From Lentisphaeria bacterium (GTDB lineage Bacteria > Verrucomicrobiota > Lentisphaeria > Victivallales > Victivallaceae), in NCBI GenBank assembly GCA_017462015.1, contig JAFTRX010000078.1, positions 42,740 through 106,739 on the forward strand: a stretch of 64,000 nt of DNA, written 5' to 3'. Made by a program: the position numbers and the translations under genes. The notes under the pieces were generated by a model, which had not been told where the DNA came from, did no database searches, and worked only from the letters and a program-made list of their open reading frames with translations. Position 1 is the stretch's first letter. Each line of letters begins with the position of its first letter. Positions 62,649-64,000 of the stretch are shown piece after piece.

Positions 62649-64000
62649 ATGATTGACCGTATTACTGCGGTTGAGATCACGGGAGAGAATGCAGAGATTT
62701 TCTGCCGTGATGAGGTCGGGGAATGTGTGAAAAAAACAGTGCCCTTTTCTCCGTGGCTGCTCGCGGAGAAAGGGGGTGTTGTCCCCCCGAATGCGCATGC
62801 AGTGGAACTTGCCGGAAAGGCGCCGCTGAATCTCCGTTGGGAGTTTGACAACGTAGCAGATTACGATGCCGCGTGTGAAGCGGTGAAGAAAAGTCCCGGT
62901 GTGCTGACGGTAAGGGAGTTGAGTACCCAATTCCTCAGCATCAGCGGGAACCGTTTTTTTAGCGGCATGGATTTTTATGAGCTGCACCGGATGCAGTTTG
63001 CCGTGACTTCTGACGGTGATGCTGCTGAAATCATGTCGATCGAAGTTGCTGACAACCGTGGATACTTTGCCCGCTTTGATGCACTTGAGTGCGGTGGTGA
63101 AGCGGCGGTGTTGGCAAAATTCAACGCTGCGGTCAAAGAATGTGACCCCGATCTGCTTGAGGGTTACAATATTTTTAAAGAAGCCCTGCCGCTGATTGAA
63201 AAGCGGGCGAAAAAGTTGAAATTCAGTTTCGACTGCGGACGGGACGGCGGGGGATTTTCCTCCCGGAAAAGCCGTTTTTCAGTAGCGGAAAAACAGATTT
63301 CCTGTACCCGATATTTTCTTTACGGCAGACAGCTTGCCGATGTGGCGCATCTGGTGTTGTTTTACGATGCCGCGCACCGGGATATGGAAAATTTTGAACT
63401 GGATTATTTGCGGGAATATTTTTCCATCGGATGCAGTGAAGAAACGCAAGTGGTGCAGGAGCTGTCCAATTTACTTTCTCCGGCAAGTTTTTACAAATGC
63501 TGTACTTTGCCGCTGACGTTCCAGGATTGTGTACTGCGCGGCAGCGGTGCGGCGCTGGATGCATTTTTCATTGCCGAATATCAGCGCGCCGGGTATGCAG
63601 TTCCGTATCCGGAGGAGGCGCGGCGTTTTGCCGGAGCGCTGACCGGGGCCGGAGAAGCCGGCGTGTATCATAATGTCCGGCACTGTGACGTGCGGTCACT
63701 GTATCCATCGGTGCTGTTGTATTTGAACCGCTCTCCGGAACGGGATGAGCTTGGAGTTTTTCTGACTGCGCTCTCCCGGTTGCGGCAATTCCGGCTTGAT
63801 GCCAAAGATCAGGCAAAGGCGCTGCCGGAGGGGCGGGAAAAACAGCGGTTGAACGCGTTGCAGTCCACGTTTAAGATATTGATAAACTCTTTTTACGGAT
63901 ACCTCGGTTTTGCGCAGGGCAGTTTCAATGATTACTCTCTTGCGGAAAGTGTCACTGCTTACGGACGGGAGTTGCTGGGGAAACTTGCGGAAAAACTTTC
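62649..64000 (+). CDS. Family B DNA polymerase, N-terminal ~450 aa (continues beyond the window end)
   Basis: Own translation from ATG 62649, open to the window end and absent from the ORF track. Pol motif A reads HCDVRSLYPSVLL and motif B reads KILINSFYGYLG. The exonuclease-domain region aligns by eye with E. coli Pol II (PDLLEGYNIF versus PDVIIGWNVV). Confidence 0.85.
   Translation, partial: MIDRITAVEITGENAEIFCRDEVGECVKKTVPFSPWLLAEKGGVVPPNAHAVELAGKAPLNLRWEFDNVADYDAACEAVKKSPGVLTVRELSTQFLSISGNRFFSGMDFYELHRMQFAVTSDGDAAEIMSIEVADNRGYFARFDALECGGEAAVLAKFNAAVKECDPDLLEGYNIFKEALPLIEKRAKKLKFSFDCGRDGGGFSSRKSRFSVAEKQISCTRYFLYGRQLADVAHLVLFYDAAHRDMENFELDYLREYFSIGCSEETQVVQELSNLLSPASFYKCCTLPLTFQDCVLRGSGAALDAFFIAEYQRAGYAVPYPEEARRFAGALTGAGEAGVYHNVRHCDVRSLYPSVLLYLNRSPERDELGVFLTALSRLRQFRLDAKDQAKALPEGREKQRLNALQSTFKILINSFYGYLGFAQGSFNDYSLAESVTAYGRELLGKLAEKL

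Noticed and set aside
1-64000. Search for mobile elements, prophage genes, toxin-antitoxin pairs, restriction-modification or known defence-system signatures.
   Set aside because: I recognised no integrase, transposase, recombinase, phage structural gene, methyltransferase-endonuclease pair or flanking tRNA/att-like repeats. The window reads as core chromosome with a few lineage-specific operons.

Overview
This is a dense, almost gap-free chromosomal segment with about 53 protein-coding genes. I found no rRNA, tRNA, CRISPR array, integrase or transposase. All family names come from motif recognition by eye, not from database searches. The source is probably a PVC-superphylum bacterium (Lentisphaerota/Verrucomicrobiota-like). 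That is an inference from the H-X9-DG prepilin-type proteins and a locus organised like the Akkermansia Amuc_1100 cluster.

Gene content from left to right:
- 1-5.4 kb: a His/Cys-rich P1B heavy-metal ATPase (partial, found by my own translation) sits directly behind an operon of three SPFH/band-7 proteins.
- 5.5-11.4 kb: CapA-like, GalM, ABC-F, RsuA-type and RsmI genes.
- 11.4-11.8 kb: a hairpin-dense intergenic region with an 89-bp tandem repeat.
- 11.8-20.8 kb: an AraC-headed minus-strand glycan-utilisation operon. It holds a clan GH-A hydrolase, two tandem ceramidase-like paralogs, an H-X9-DG prepilin-type protein and a secreted multi-domain protein.
- 20.8-25.2 kb: a translationally coupled string of RdgB, an RluA-type synthase, a small glycine-zipper membrane protein, an XPB-like helicase and a DUF790/Bax1-like protein.
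- 25.3-37 kb: TilS, a NagB-like plus PIG-L pair, IspD, a sigma-70 factor, an ABC importer, and RsmE fused in frame to a lipoprotein, followed by two more lipoproteins.
- 37.1-48.7 kb: tpiA-secG, followed without a break by a pilus-like envelope cluster. It has a PilM-PilN fusion, three orphan proteins and two tandem secretins, but no pilin, ATPase or platform gene.
- 48.7-62.6 kb: TrmO, RecQ, a gluzincin-motif protein, an Ntn hydrolase, Eda, Aas, LigA, Asd, a lipoprotein with a C-terminal H-X9-DG-like module, and archaeal-type PurO.
- 62.6-64.0 kb: a family B DNA polymerase (partial, my own translation) whose exonuclease catalytic residues appear substituted.

A TTGnnn-16/17-TATATT promoter pattern recurs upstream of many operons.

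The most interesting items are the pilin-less PilMN/secretin cluster, the bacterial XPB-Bax1-like operon and the apparently exonuclease-dead PolB. Many long ORFs in the supplied track are antisense shadows of the real genes and were rejected.
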